Assembly: GCA_026770705.1 (NCBI GenBank)
Contig: JANJGN010000210.1
Coordinates: 806,001-870,000 of the forward strand
Source: Isurus oxyrinchus
Taxonomy: Eukaryota
Direction of reading: 5' to 3'
Length of the DNA stretch: 64,000 nt
How positions within the stretch are numbered: position 1 is the first letter of the stretch; each line of letters opens with the position of its first letter. The notes below the pieces were generated by a model that saw only the letters and a program-made list of their open reading frames with translations, made no database searches and had not been told where the DNA came from. Position numbers and translations under genes: made by a program. Of this stretch, positions 1 to 11,939 are shown in pieces.

Positions 1-975
1 AATTTATAACAATGACTTGAATGAAAGGACTGAATGAATTTGCTAAATTTGCTGATAACACAAAAATAGATAGTAAAGTAAATGGTGAAGAGAGGGTAAA
101 GATCAGCAAAGGGATATCGATAGGTTAATTGAGGGCAAAAAAATGACAGATGGAGTATAATCTGGGAAAATATAAACTTGTCCACTTTGGCAGGAAGAAT
201 ACAAAAGCAGCGTATTATTGAAAGGGAGAGAGATGGCAGAACCCTGAGGTACAGAGGGATGTGGATCCCTTGGTGCATGAATCACAAAAAGTTATAATAC
301 AGGAACAGCAAGTGATGAGGAAGGCAAAGGGAATGTTGGCATTTATCACAAGGGGAACAGAATATAATGGAAGGATATTTTGCTACAGTTTAACGGGGTG
401 GCGATGAGACCTCGTCTGAATTACTGTGTACAGATTTGGTCTCGTTTAAGAAAGGATATAAAAGCATTAGAAGCTGTTCAGAGAATGTTCGTTCAAATGA
501 TACTGGGAGGTGTCGTCAGTTATCTTATGAGGAAAGTTTGGATAGGCTGGGCCTGTATCCATCGGAGTTTAGAAGAATAAGAGCTCATTTTATTCAAACA
601 TATAAAATCCTGAGGGGAATTAACAGGGTGGATGCTGAAAGGATGTTTCCTCTTGTGAGAGAGACTAACGATAGGGAACACGGTTTAAAAATAAGAGGTC
701 TCCCGTTTCAGACAGAAATGAGGGGATTTTATTTTTTCTTTCAATGACTCGTGAAACTTTGGAACTCTTCCCCAGAGACCGATGGAGGAGGAGTCATTAA
801 TATTTCAAGGCAGAGGTAGAGAGATTCTTCATTGACAAGGGAGTCAAAGGTTAGCCGAGAGGAGGCGGGAATGTAGAGTTCACGCCACAATCGGATCAGC
901 TATGATCGGTAGTGAATGGTGGAGGAGGCCCCAGAGGCCGAATGGCCTACTCCTGCTACTGATCCGCATGTTCAC
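1..975 (+). mobile_element. CR1-type LINE 3' fragment (decayed RT C-terminus and 3' UTR) in the IgM J-C intron
   Basis: Broken frames give FADNTK, RPRLNYCVQIWS, LSYEESLDRLGLY and YKILRGINRVD, typical CR1 ORF2 motifs; several homologous copies occur elsewhere in the window. Confidence 0.85.
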
Positions 976-1526
976 ATGTACATACGATTGGAAAATATCG
1001 TACTAACAGTCACTGGTATTCAGTTTAGAGTTCTATGGTTATTATATAGGTACCATTACAAAGGTACTTTCGAAGGGTTATTGCTGTTTTGGGGGGGACG
1101 TGGAGAGGGGAGGGGGCATCAGTCAATTTGAACAGAGCCAATTTTCAAAGCTGCAATGATATAAATGACGAGATAAATTCTCTATCACCAAGTGCTGTTG
1201 ATTGAGAAATAAATGGTGCCAAAATAATGGGGAAGATGCTCTGCTCTTCCATTTTAATCCACTGAAAGGTACGTCATTCAGATGACATCAAAATGTTCTC
1301 TTTTAGTAATGGGATAGAGGCGGAAAAAGAGGTGTGGGTTTCTAAAGAGGGAACCGACAAGTGAGGGTCACCAAATAATGGAAATAATAAATGATCAAAT
1401 GTGGATGTGGGCTTTAGTTGGAATATATTTGGATATGTTTATAGTTCTAGTCTAATTTCGAGTTGTTTGGTTACTTAATGATCACAAATCAGAGGCTAAC
1501 TTGTTCGATCGGCCATTCTTTCCCAG

Positions 1527-1826
1527 CGACACCGTCTTCGCCCACTCTCTACAGCCTGGTCTCCTCCTGTCAGCAACACAACCCCGACGGCTCCTTCACC
1601 TACGGCTGTTTGGCAATGGACTACTCCCCAGAAATCACCAGCCTGACCTGGAAGAAAGATGGGCAGCCGATCGCTACTGGATTTAAGACTTACCCGTCGG
1701 TGAGAAACCAGAAGGGAACTTTCACCCTGAGCAGCCAGTTAACCATCACCGAGTCAGATGGAGAATGCAGCAAAATCAAGTGTGAGGTTCGATACAGCGG
1801 CTCAGACAAGAGCATTGAAATGCACT
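1527..1826 (+). CDS. IGHM: IgM heavy chain constant exon CH1
   Basis: ttcccag acceptor and T|gtaagt donor, 300 bp, phase 1. (A)[14 protein letters not shown]...[10 protein letters not shown]...TWKK...SSQLTI...KCEV is a C1-set domain resembling shark C-mu1. Confidence 0.95.
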
Positions 1827-2040
1827 GTAAGTATTGGGGAACCTGTGAGAAACAGAAAGACAGTGATTGACCTGTATAGGGCCTTGGCTGTAACGCATTT
1901 ATAGTGCTCTGCATAGTTCTGATCCCTGGAAATTCCAAGTTCGTGTCCATCGACCGCAAAGAGCCTGTTAAAATATAAGAACTTATTGTATCTGTTATCA
2001 ATTTCTTCTGCAAGAAATGGCTAACCTTTGTTTTTTGAAG

Positions 2041-2355
2041 GTCCTCGTCCTGACTTACCTCCAACTGTTCTCCTCACCGTGAGTTCCAGAGATGAAATCA
2101 CAAGCAAAAAATTTGCAATCGCCGTCTGTTCAATCATCGATTTCCGTCCGAAGCCATTCACCGTGAAGTGGCTGAAAAATGGACAATCCATAAATTCAGG
2201 AATTGTCACCTCTCCCGCCTTTGGAATGAACGGGAACTTCTCGGCGACCAGTCGGCTGCAAGTCTCCGCTGGGGAATGGTTCAGCGACGCAGTCTATACC
2301 TGTCAGGTCACTCACCAAGGGGTCACCCAAAGTCGAAACGCCACCAAGTGTGAGG
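2041..2355 (+). CDS. IGHM: IgM heavy chain constant exon CH2
   Basis: ttttgaag acceptor and G|gtaag donor, 315 bp. PPTVLL...[10 protein letters not shown]...KWLKNG...FSATSRL...EW...YTCQVTH. Confidence 0.95.
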
Positions 2356-2979
2356 GTAAGAAATACAAACCGTGGAAGCAATAGATCATTCTCCACTCCG
2401 GTGTTAATCAAATCAGGAATTTATTGGAGTTAGTAGAAAGCACGAAACAACATCTAATTTACTATCATATAGTTGGTGTTTCATTCCGATGTAAGGGCTG
2501 CATTCGGATTATTCACCATTCAGGATTTGATCACATCACGTCTCTGCACTGACGTCATAGAGTATGTGAGGTGGACTTGATATCAGCTTTACCTTGAGTC
2601 AGCTGATCATATTTGGAGAGGCAGAAGGTATCTGGAACCCTTCACTGGTAACAGCTTCGAGACAGAGTGTTGGAAAGTGCACCCACCCTTTTTATAAAAC
2701 ATATTTCAGTCCTGTATTCCAGGGCCCAGGAATGATACATTTGTATTGGGACTGGGGCAACGCAGATTTATGAGAATGTTACCGGGGCTGAACGACTTAA
2801 ATTATGAGAACAATTTACACAGACCAAGCTGGTTTTCCATTGTGTAAAGAAGATTAAAAACGATAGTTAGAGGTTGATATGTCCCAGGTGATTTATTCTC
2901 CTTCAGGGAGAGAAGACTGAACACTGCTGTCCTGCTTCTGAAGGTGAAACTTTGGTTGATTTTCATTTCTGTCTCACAG

Positions 2980-3291
2980 GCGATCACCAATGCCTCAACG
3001 ATCCCACAATTACTCTATTGCCACCTCCAATAGAACAAGTCTTACTGGAGGCGACCGTGACCTTAACCTGCATCGTTTCTAATGCTCCTTTTGGAGTCCT
3101 CGTGTCCTGGACACAAGAGAAGAAGCCTTTGAAATCAGAGATCGCCGTCCAACCGGGAGAGGATCCCGACAGCGTGGTCAGCAACGTAAACATCTCGACA
3201 CAAGCCTGGCTGAGTGGGGCTGAGTTCTACTGCGTGGTGAGCCATCAGGATCTGCCGACTCCTTTAAGAAGTTCCATCCACAAGGAACCAG
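2980..3291 (+). CDS. IGHM: IgM heavy chain constant exon CH3
   Basis: ctcacag acceptor and G|gtgag donor, 312 bp. [23 protein letters not shown]...SW...[20 protein letters not shown]. Confidence 0.95.
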
Positions 3292-4005
3292 GTGAGCGGT
3301 GAGATTGAAGCAATAAGTTGTTCAATGTGTCTATTTCCAGTGTAAATGTAAGGATCAGTATTTACTATTCAGTGTATTCATGGTCTACTCTGATTAGCAA
3401 TTTCGCCAACGAAACGCCCTGGGCCTGTGGACTTTCAGGAGGAAATTGATAAGTAGATGAATGAACAATGAATTGAAGGCTGTGCCATTGGGTTTAGATG
3501 AAGCAAGATGGGAGGAGCCTGGTGCGAAGCTGAAACACCAACATGGACCAGTTGGGCAGAATGGCCTGTTTCTATGCTGTAAACTTTGAGAAACTTTCTC
3601 GTCCAACCCTATAAGTTCTCAAGGAAAAGGATTGTGCCACCTCTGCTCCGAGCTGGAAAGCCGGACAGATCCCAAACTATTTTATTTATTAATTCATGGG
3701 ATGTGGGCATCGCTGGCTGGGCCAGAGTTATTGCCCATCCCTAATTGCCCTTGACAAGGTGTTGGTGAGCTGCCTTCTTGAACTGCTGCAGTCCATGTGG
3801 TGTAGATACACCCACAGTGCTGTTAGGAAGGGAGTTCCAGAATTTTGATTCAGCTATAGTGAAGGATCGGTGATATATTTCCAAGAAGTGGATAATGAAA
3901 AACCTTAATATTCATCACAAAACACGTTACTCTCACATCTAACCAGTGGTTTCATTGTCTATGAATGTATCCAGTTTATTAACATTTATTGTACATTTTC
4001 TGCAG

Positions 4006-4397
4006 TTAAAGACCCGCGGGAACCGTCCGTGTCTGTCCTCCTGCCCTCGGCAGAACATGTCTCCGCTCAGGGATTCGTCTCCCTCAGCTGCTTAGTGACA
4101 GGTTTCTCCCCGCGAGAGATTTTCGTCAAGTGGACTGTCAATGACAAGCCGGTGAATCCCGGAAACTACAAGAACACCGAGGTAGTGGCGGACAACGGCA
4201 ATCGCTCCTTCTTCATGTACAGCCTGTTATCCATTGCAGCGGAGGAGTGGGCCAGCGGCGCTTCTTACTCCTGTGTGGTGGGACATGAAGCGATCCCCTT
4301 GAAGATCATCAACAGAACGGTTGATAAATCCAGCGGTAAACCGAGTTTTGTGAACATTTCCCTTGCACTGATGGACACCGTTAATTCATGTCAATGA
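4006..4397 (+). CDS. IGHM: IgM heavy chain CH4 plus secretory tailpiece
   Basis: ttctgcag acceptor; EPSVSVLLP...[11 protein letters not shown]...[12 protein letters not shown]...VDKSS. Internal donor G|gtaaa after 4335 for the membrane form. Tail [20 protein letters not shown] has an N-glycosylation site and a penultimate Cys. Confidence 0.96.
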
Positions 4398-4424
4398 GAA
4401 TCTCTCGGTTACATTTCAAACTTC

Positions 4425-4440
4425 AATAAAAAATAATAAA
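4425..4440 (+). terminator. Secretory-form polyadenylation signals
   Basis: AATAAA at 4425-4430 and 4435-4440, just after the tailpiece stop, followed by GT/T-rich sequence. Confidence 0.8.
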
Positions 4441-4845
4441 GTCCTTTTCTCCAATCGTGATTTAAATACACAGTCGTTTAAGTAATGTTGTTTTCCAATT
4501 TTGCTAATTTTAGACGTGTTTTGTTAAAATCGGATACTCACAGGGCTCAGACCCAAGTCTTGTACATCCAGTGCTCCCAGCTCAGATACAACCTGGGTTA
4601 GAGACAGAGTAAAGCTCATTCATTACAGGATTCTGCAAAATAGCTTCACCAGCTCTCCTCCAGCTGAGGAGAAATCTGACAATTTCTCATTTCCAATAAA
4701 CAAACACAGCACATTTAGATCTCGGTGTTCCTGCTTCTCTTGTCTTCCATCCCTTTAAAATGGATGTCAGCTTTAAGCTTCTGCACCACACCCACGGGGA
4801 ACTGAAGTGAGGGTCACGCAGAAATATGTCCCAACAATCCCCCAT

Positions 4846-5355
4846 CAGAGAGAGGGGGAAGGGAAATTGTTACCCCATTGCACCTCCACCTCCCCAACAG
4901 AGAGAGGGGGAGCGGAAATTGCTAACCCACTGTACCCCGACTTCTCCAACAGAGAAAGGGGAGGGGAAATTGTTAACCCAATGTACCCCCACTTCCCCAG
5001 AGAGAGTGGAAGGGGACATTGTTAAACCACTGCACCTTCACTTCCACAACAGCAGGTGGTGGTGGGGGGGAATTGTTTAACCACTGTACCCCCACTTTCC
5101 CAACAGAGAGAGGGGAAGGCAAACTGGTAAACCACTGTACCTCCACTTACCTGAGATAGAAAACTGAAAGGAAAATTTTAAGCCAATTTTATCTCCACTT
5201 GCTAAACAAAAAGACAAGGAAGGCCATTGGTTAACCCGGTGTGTTTCCACCTTCTCAGCAGAGAGAACCGAAAGGGAAATTGCTTAGACAACCAGACAGA
5301 GCAAAACTATTAACTCACTGGACCCTCAGTCCCCTAGTAGAGAATCTGGAAGGGA
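4846..5355. repeat. About 52-bp minisatellite, roughly 9 degenerate copies
   Basis: Unit CAGAGAGAGGGGGAAGGGAAATTGTTAACCCACTGTACCCCCACTTCCCCAA; the first copies start at 4846 and 4898. Confidence 0.85.
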
Positions 5356-5764
5356 ATGGGTCTCTACTATAAGGACTCAGTTAACAACAGTCGAAGTCAG
5401 CTTCTAGCTTACTGGCCACAGATTTTAAACTCCCATCATGCTTGGGATGTTGTAAAAACGTCTACTTATGCAACATAACTTGAAGATGTTTTAACACTCT
5501 TGCCCTGTTAAGCTTATGCTAAGATTGATTTCCCATCATCCAAATCTAAACTGGTGACTGAATCCTCCCTGGGTTGTTCAAGGTTCTGTCCCTGAATTTT
5601 TATGAGGCACATGGTTGATTCTTTGCATTCGTTCATCTGATATCACCTTGCATCTCACAGAAAACATGTTTATACACAGAACTTTGAAAATATTCACCGG
5701 ATTTTTCACCGTCAAGGTCAGACTCGATCATTGGTATCTGGTGAACTTTGGAAAAATAGTAAAA

Positions 5765-6880
5765 ATACACACAGCTGACACAAATTGACAAACAAAAAAC
5801 ACGTCTACACACACACATAGGCACAGACACACTGACACAAACGCACACAGGTACAAGCAGACACATGTACACCAACACATGCGGAACCACACAAAGACAG
5901 ACAGACACACATAGACAAATATACACACACGTGCACACACACGCAGACACACACGCACACAATCACAAACACATGGACACAGATGCACAAACATACACAG
6001 ACACACACGTACACACATAAACAAATACACACGCACAATCACACACATTCATAAACACACACACAATCACACACATACAGAAATACACACACTGACACAC
6101 TCGCTCACACACATATACACAATCACAAACACACACAAACAGATAAAACCAGACAAGCAGACTCATACAAGGATACAAAGCACAAATGTAACTTTTAGCA
6201 TATGCATTATCACACGTTCACAATGAAAGAAATACAGACAGAAAGACACACACGATCGTACACATTAAAACAATGCATGGACATACATTAACACATGCAC
6301 ACACATGAGCAGACAACACCCAGATACAAAAACACAGAGAAACCGACTAACACATTCACAGACACCCATGTGGACACAAACATGAACATACTCATACACA
6401 CTAGAACACAAAAAACACATGTTGGTACATATGAAAACATAAACACGCATTGATACATAGTTCTAAATATCGATCAACACACAAATGCACACATTAAAAA
6501 CCCTATTTCTCTCTCGCTGTGTCATACACACAGACGCTGTGACACAGACATTAATATGCTGACACACAGTGGAATACAAAAAGACACATTAACACTCATA
6601 TTAGCAGGCAGGAACTCGTAAACACACATTAACTCAGATAGTAATAAGTCAACATAGACAACAATACACAAACACGCACAATAACACACTCATACATACA
6701 CATCAGCAGAAAAACCAAATATACATACAGACGCAGACACAAAAATACACAAATCAGCACTCATTAGCACATGAACACACACATTAACACACATGCACAC
6801 CTATGGACACACAAACAACCAGTAATGCAAAGTGCGAGATACTCATGCAGATACACACAAAAGCTAAAGCACAACACAGA
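5765..6880. repeat. Degenerate (CA)n-rich low-complexity tract
   Basis: Long interrupted ACAC runs; source of the spurious Cys/Val ORFs on the minus strand. Confidence 0.9.
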
Positions 6881-7416
6881 GGCCAGGCTATTGAAGAAAG
6901 TATAATTCAAATGTACTTTTCTAACGGGCATATCCTCCGGCAATTGTCTCTATTACATAATAACCCGATAAACACACTGAAACAATGCTCTTACTGAGAA
7001 ACTGATTTAAATTAATGATGCACCAAACATTCCCATCACAAATAGACAAACAAGATGGGAAATCATATCCGAGATTTTAAAAAGCAACGTCCACAGTTTC
7101 CAAATAAGTAGCTCAGTGAATCTCTCCCGATACCCATCATAATATTCTCCAATAATAGATCATACGAAATTGTTCGAAAATAACCTGATACTGGAGAAAA
7201 TTTGCCATATTTTCTGACATGGACTGTACAACGATTGTAAAGGGAGAACAGCTGTGGAGATAGTTACAGAGATGGGTTACTGAGTGTCACTTAATAGTAG
7301 ATATACATTGAACATTCAATACATTAATAACTTATGAAAGAGTAAAGGAAATATTTTTAAAATGATATCCTAGATTAATAAACAATCTAATTATATTTCC
7401 TCATATATCCCCGTAG

Positions 7417-7544
7417 ATTCCACAGACCGCATCTGGATTGAAGACTCTGAGGATGATAACGGCAACATCTGGACAACTGCTTCCACATTCATCATCCTGT
7501 TCTTCCTGAGCATTTTCTACAGCACTGCCGTCACTCTGGCGAAG
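7417..7544 (+). CDS. IGHM: IgM transmembrane exon TM1
   Basis: ccgtag acceptor and AAG|gtgag donor. (D)[42 protein letters not shown] carries the conserved antigen-receptor TM (CART) residues and is in frame with the CH4 internal donor. Absent from the ORF track. Confidence 0.95.
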
Positions 7545-7682
7545 GTGAGAAGATTCAATCCACTCACACTTCAAACTGACAGAAGTGGTTTGAAATATCT
7601 CTCAATGTTTCATTGATTAGAACTCTAACATAATAATTCCAGATTATAAACATCTGCTTCATTATTTCATCCTCTTTTACAG

Positions 7683-7691
7683 ATCAAGTGA
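7683..7691 (+). CDS. IGHM: IgM transmembrane exon TM2 (IK-stop)
   Basis: cttttacag|ATC AAG TGA, giving a K-I-K cytoplasmic tail; AATAAA at 7785-7790 and 8102-8107. Confidence 0.9.
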   Translation: MK

Positions 7692-8277
7692 CCGGTTGAA
7701 TTTTGGACACCGTAGATTTTCCTCAGCTCTTTATTGAGATCTCTGTATTCTGAATTTAAAATATATCCTCTCGGTGACTGTAAAAATAAAATACCTTCAG
7801 TTTATGTTTCCCAATTTGTAACTGAGACAATCATGAACAGTATTTCCGTTTCTCTGTTTCAAATGTGCGAGATAATTGTGAATCATTGTAACAGCAGCTT
7901 ATAATTTCCCACTAGTTTGAATTCCCTGTGTAAATAAGTAACTTTTCTCATTCCTCATTCCCAATTAATCCCTTCCCTTTATATTGAGCTCCTGTTTTCT
8001 CTTTCTGGTGTCTGTTACAGTTGTACACACAGTTGGCAGCTCAGAGTGAATGTGCTCTGTTCTCAATGTGACCCTCAGTCATTATATTCAGTTAACTTTA
8101 AAATAAACTTTTCTGTAAAATGTTCCCTGAAATTGTTAATAAATCATGAATGTGAAACGAACTGACTTTGCTGAACTCCTTTCTCTCAGACCCATCGACA
8201 TCGCTCCATTTTCCCTATTACACAGCTTTCCCCCCTTCTCCCAAGCAGGCATTTTTAACCAGTCTTGTCTGGGATCT

Positions 8278-8380
8278 GAAACAAAAACAGAAAATGTTGG
8301 AAAAACTCAGCAGGTCTCAGCATGTGTGGAGACAGAAAACGGAGTTAACGTTTCGAGTCCTCATGACTTCTTCAGAGCCC
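8278..8380 (-). mobile_element. Short Penelope-like terminal fragment with hammerhead ribozyme core
   Basis: Reverse complement CTGAAGA-AGTCATGAGGACTC-GAAACGTTAACT...GACCTGCTGAGTTTTTCC matches the 3' end of the element at 12558-13432. Confidence 0.65.
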
Positions 8381-9330
8381 GAGATCCTTCAGTGAAAGAG
8401 TCACCGCGCCACCAAGCGACCCATCGGTGTTAATACACCTTTACCTCTGCCTTTTTATGGCAAATTCCAGAGGCAAAATGATTGCACGGCGAGGAGAATC
8501 TCGGTGATTTCACTCATACTCAGGCCTCTCACAGTCACATGTCAGGTAATTGTAAACAGCAGGGATCAGCTTAATCCGAGGTCCATATAGGACAGTATAT
8601 GGAGGATGAAAGTTTCCTTTACACTGTCCCATTAATCACTCCCAGCGTCGGTGCAGCAGGGTTTAGATAGAGAGAAAAAGTTTTTTTCCCCTCTTTATCC
8701 TTTCATGAGATATGGTGTCGCTGGCAAGGCTGCTCTGAACAGTTCACCTTCCGAGGCCATTTCAGAGGGCAGTTAACTGTCAACCGCATTGCTGTGGACC
8801 TGGAATCAGATGTCGGCCACGCCAGATGAAGATGACAGATTTCCTCCCCGAAAGGACTTGAGTGCAGCAGATGGGTTTTTACGAAAATCGGTGATAGTTG
8901 TCATGGTCACCATCACTGAGGCCAGTTTTCAATTCCAGATTTTATTAATTGAACTCACATTCCAGCAGCTGCCATGTTGGGATTTGAAGCCCAGCCCTGA
9001 GAGCATTCGCCTGGACTCTCTCTACCTTGTCCGATTAAACACTCACAAGGCAGAGTCGTCACAGGCCGCCTTCTCAAGTCTATTAGGGATGTGCAATAAA
9101 TGCTGGCCCAGACAGACACGCCCACATCGCATAAACGAATAACAAAAAATACGTATATACCACACACAGTACAGTTGATACAAACCATTGAATGATTCCT
9201 AGAGACTAGGGCCGATCGAAGAGCAATTCTGCAAATTATTACCACAGTTTGGGGCTTATCAGGGACACCACGGAGCACAAATCTTGGAAATTCCCAGGCA
9301 CTGCGGCCTGCCTGATGCAACAAACAACTG

Positions 9331-9758
9331 AACTCACTAAGCATCTCCCCAGGGATCCTCTCTTCCTGTTCCATTCCGTCTGATACCATCCTCCTGAATT
9401 CACTGAGCATCACCCCAGGGGTCCTCTCTCCCTGCTCCATTCCCTCTGACACCATCCTCCTGAACATCACCCCAGGGGTCCTCTAACCCTGCTCCATTCC
9501 CTCTGACACCATCCTCCTGAACATCACTCCAGAGATCCTCTCTTCCTCCTCCATTACCATCCTCCTGAACTCACTGAGCATCACCCCAGAGATTCTCTCT
9601 CCCGGCTCCATTCCCTCTGATACCATCCTCCTGAACTCATTGAACATCACCCCAGGGATCTTCCCTTCCTGCTCCATTCCTTCCATTACCATCCTCCTGA
9701 CCTCTCTGAACATCACCCCAGGGATCCTCCCTTCCTGCTCCATTCCCTCTGATACCAG
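9331..9758. repeat. Tandem repeat, about 66-bp unit with shorter variants, about 7 copies
   Basis: Unit AACTCACTGAGCATCACCCCAGGGATCCTCTCTTCCTGCTCCATTCCCTCTGATACCATCCTCCTG. Confidence 0.9.
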
Positions 9759-9881
9759 CTCAAATGGGAAGCTTCAACTCTCACTCCACTGATTCTGGCA
9801 GAGGCTGTTAAGCGTTTTCAGTTTTAAACCAATAATAAGAACTCTCTGTTTAAGCAGTGTGACATGAGCAAAGAACCCTCA

Positions 9882-9953
9882 TTCCCAAACCAGAAATTTA
9901 ATCTGGGCTGCGGCGTTGAAAGGGCCAAATTCTAACCACATGGCCACCAGGGA
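9882..9953 (-). pseudogene. tRNA-Glu(TTC)-derived pseudogene
   Basis: Reverse complement TCCCTGGTGGCCATGTGGTTAGAATTTGGCCCTTTCAACGCCGCAGCCCAGATTAAATTTCTGGTTTGGGAA is colinear with vertebrate tRNA-Glu; the B box is degraded. Confidence 0.7.
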
Positions 9954-10384
9954 TGTTATCCTTGTGTTTTGATAAATGATACTTTTGCCATTTTTTTCAT
10001 TTCAAGCTGCTTTATCCAGAGACAAAATGACCTATTTAGCCAACTCAACAACCATTGCCATTGGCTGGAACATGAAATTGACAGTGTGGTGAAATAGTAC
10101 CAAAAGCTGTGAATTGCAAATTCAATTTCCAAAACCCACCAATCTAATCACTGCAGCTCCTGTGCAACTTGCAAGGCAACACACGACAGACATTCATCAT
10201 CGAAAGTAATTGACCGACATAAAATTCTTCCACTCTCATGTTACATCTTCTAACTCCTAACCTCCACCTCAGTCATTTCCAGTTCTATTTAATACCCATT
10301 TGGAACTTTAACTCTGCTCCTCATTCCACGGATTTTGGCCGACTTGCTATGCATTTTATATTATAATAAAGCCATGAATTTGTG

Positions 10385-11270
10385 CTCTAATAAAAACAGG
10401 GGTGCTGAAGTTCCCAGCAGGTCTGGCAGCATCTGTGGAGACAGAAACAGGTTGAATGTTTTCAGGCCATATGGCACTTCTTCAGACCTGAAAGGAGATA
10501 GAAATGTGATGGGATTTATGCTGCTGATGGGGCGGAGGGTTGGGGGGGCGGTCGGGGGAGCAAAAACGTTCAGGGATAGGTTGGAGGTCAGGAGAGATTA
10601 AATGACAAAGATATCATGGAACACAAGTCAAAGGCAAAGGAAATTATATTATTAATTATGAAAGTAGGTATTAATATCTAGACAAAGGTCAGCACTGACT
10701 GGAAGCAAAATAGCAGAATGTGTTAATTGCAGAAAAAGGGTCGGCGCTGTCTGAAAGCAAACATGAGAACAAGATGCAGGCTGGCACTTGGGGGGTGGGA
10801 GGCTGCAGGGAAATTAAAATGGAGGATGGAGTTGATGGTGTGAATCTGTTGACCTCAATGTTGAGTCCAGAAGGCTGTAGAGTGCCTATTGAGAAGATGA
10901 GGTGCTGTTCCTTCAGTTCGCATTGAGCTTCACTGGAACATTGTAGAAGGCCGAGGACAGAAATGTGAGTGTGAGCGAGATGGTGACAGGCAGGTCTGGG
11001 TTATGCTTGTGGACTGAGTGAAAGTGTTCCACAAAGCGGACTGTCAGTCTGTGTTTACTCTCCCCACTGTAGAGGAGACCACATTGAGGGCAATGAATGC
11101 AACAGCCTGAATTGCATGAAGTGCAAATAAATCTCTGCTTCATCTGGAAGGAGCGTTTGAAACCTTGGAGGGAGGTGGGAGGAGGTAAAGGGGCAGGTGT
11201 TACACCTCCTGCAATTGCATGGGAAGGTGCCATGGGAAGGGGATGAGATGTTGGGGGTGATAGTGTTTTT
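10385..11270 (-). mobile_element. Penelope-like retroelement fragment (GIY-YIG endonuclease region and 3' end)
   Basis: GTFPCNCRRCNTC and CIHCPQCGLLYSGESKHRLTVRFVEH; homologous to the + strand copy at 12.6 kb. Confidence 0.8.
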
Positions 11271-11310
11271 TGAATCAGAAATTGGTTTCTGGTTGTGATA
11301 TTTTGCACGA

Positions 11311-11376
11311 CAGCGAGACCGGGAATCAAACCTGGGCGTTGAGAACACCAGATCATAACCACTAGGTCACCAGGGT
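11311..11376 (-). pseudogene. tRNA-Glu(CTC)-derived pseudogene
   Basis: Reverse complement ACCCTGGTGACCTAGTGGTTATGATCTGGTGTTCTCAACGCCCAGGTTTGATTCCCGGTC matches tRNA-Glu with an internal deletion. Confidence 0.6.
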
Positions 11377-11939
11377 GCTTGTGAATCATCCTGTTTAGAG
11401 AATTCAGCTGTCAACCAGAGCATTGGTGGTTTGACACCATCTGGGGCCAGTAGAATCTCTCTAATCCTGCTTCTAATTATATTACAGACACAGTTCTGCT
11501 TTGAGTCCTTTGATTACAAGGAAATGTTGCCCTAACTTTGCCAGCCCTGCTGTTATCCAGTAGGTTCCCAGGCAAATAGTTATATGAATTTTTATTTCAA
11601 AGAAATGAGATAAATTAGAGCAAACATGTGCATAACAACCAACTCGTTGGGTTCAAAGCATCAAATAGAAATTGATATAGAAACAAAAATAGCTGGAAAA
11701 GCTCAGCAGGTCTGACAGCATCTGCAGAGAGGAACACAATTGATGTTTCGAGTCTGTATGACTCTTTGAATAGACTCAAATAGAAATTGATTCTGTGATT
11801 GCATATATAGAACTGGAACACACCATCGCACCGAGTGAATCCGTTGTCTGTTTACATGTTGCTCAGTGAAAATTTCAATCATTCTTGACTTTGTGGCATT
11901 CGGGTACTGAATCGGTAAGCAGTCTATACTCAAAGGGCA

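Noticed and set aside
4846-5355. Class-switch region or CRISPR-like array
   Set aside because: Eukaryotic tandem repeat without unique spacers; lacks dense AGCT motifs and lies 3' of CH4 rather than 5' of a C gene.
5633-6450. Cys/Val-rich ORFs on the minus strand
   Set aside because: Translations of the (CA)n/(TG)n low-complexity tract.
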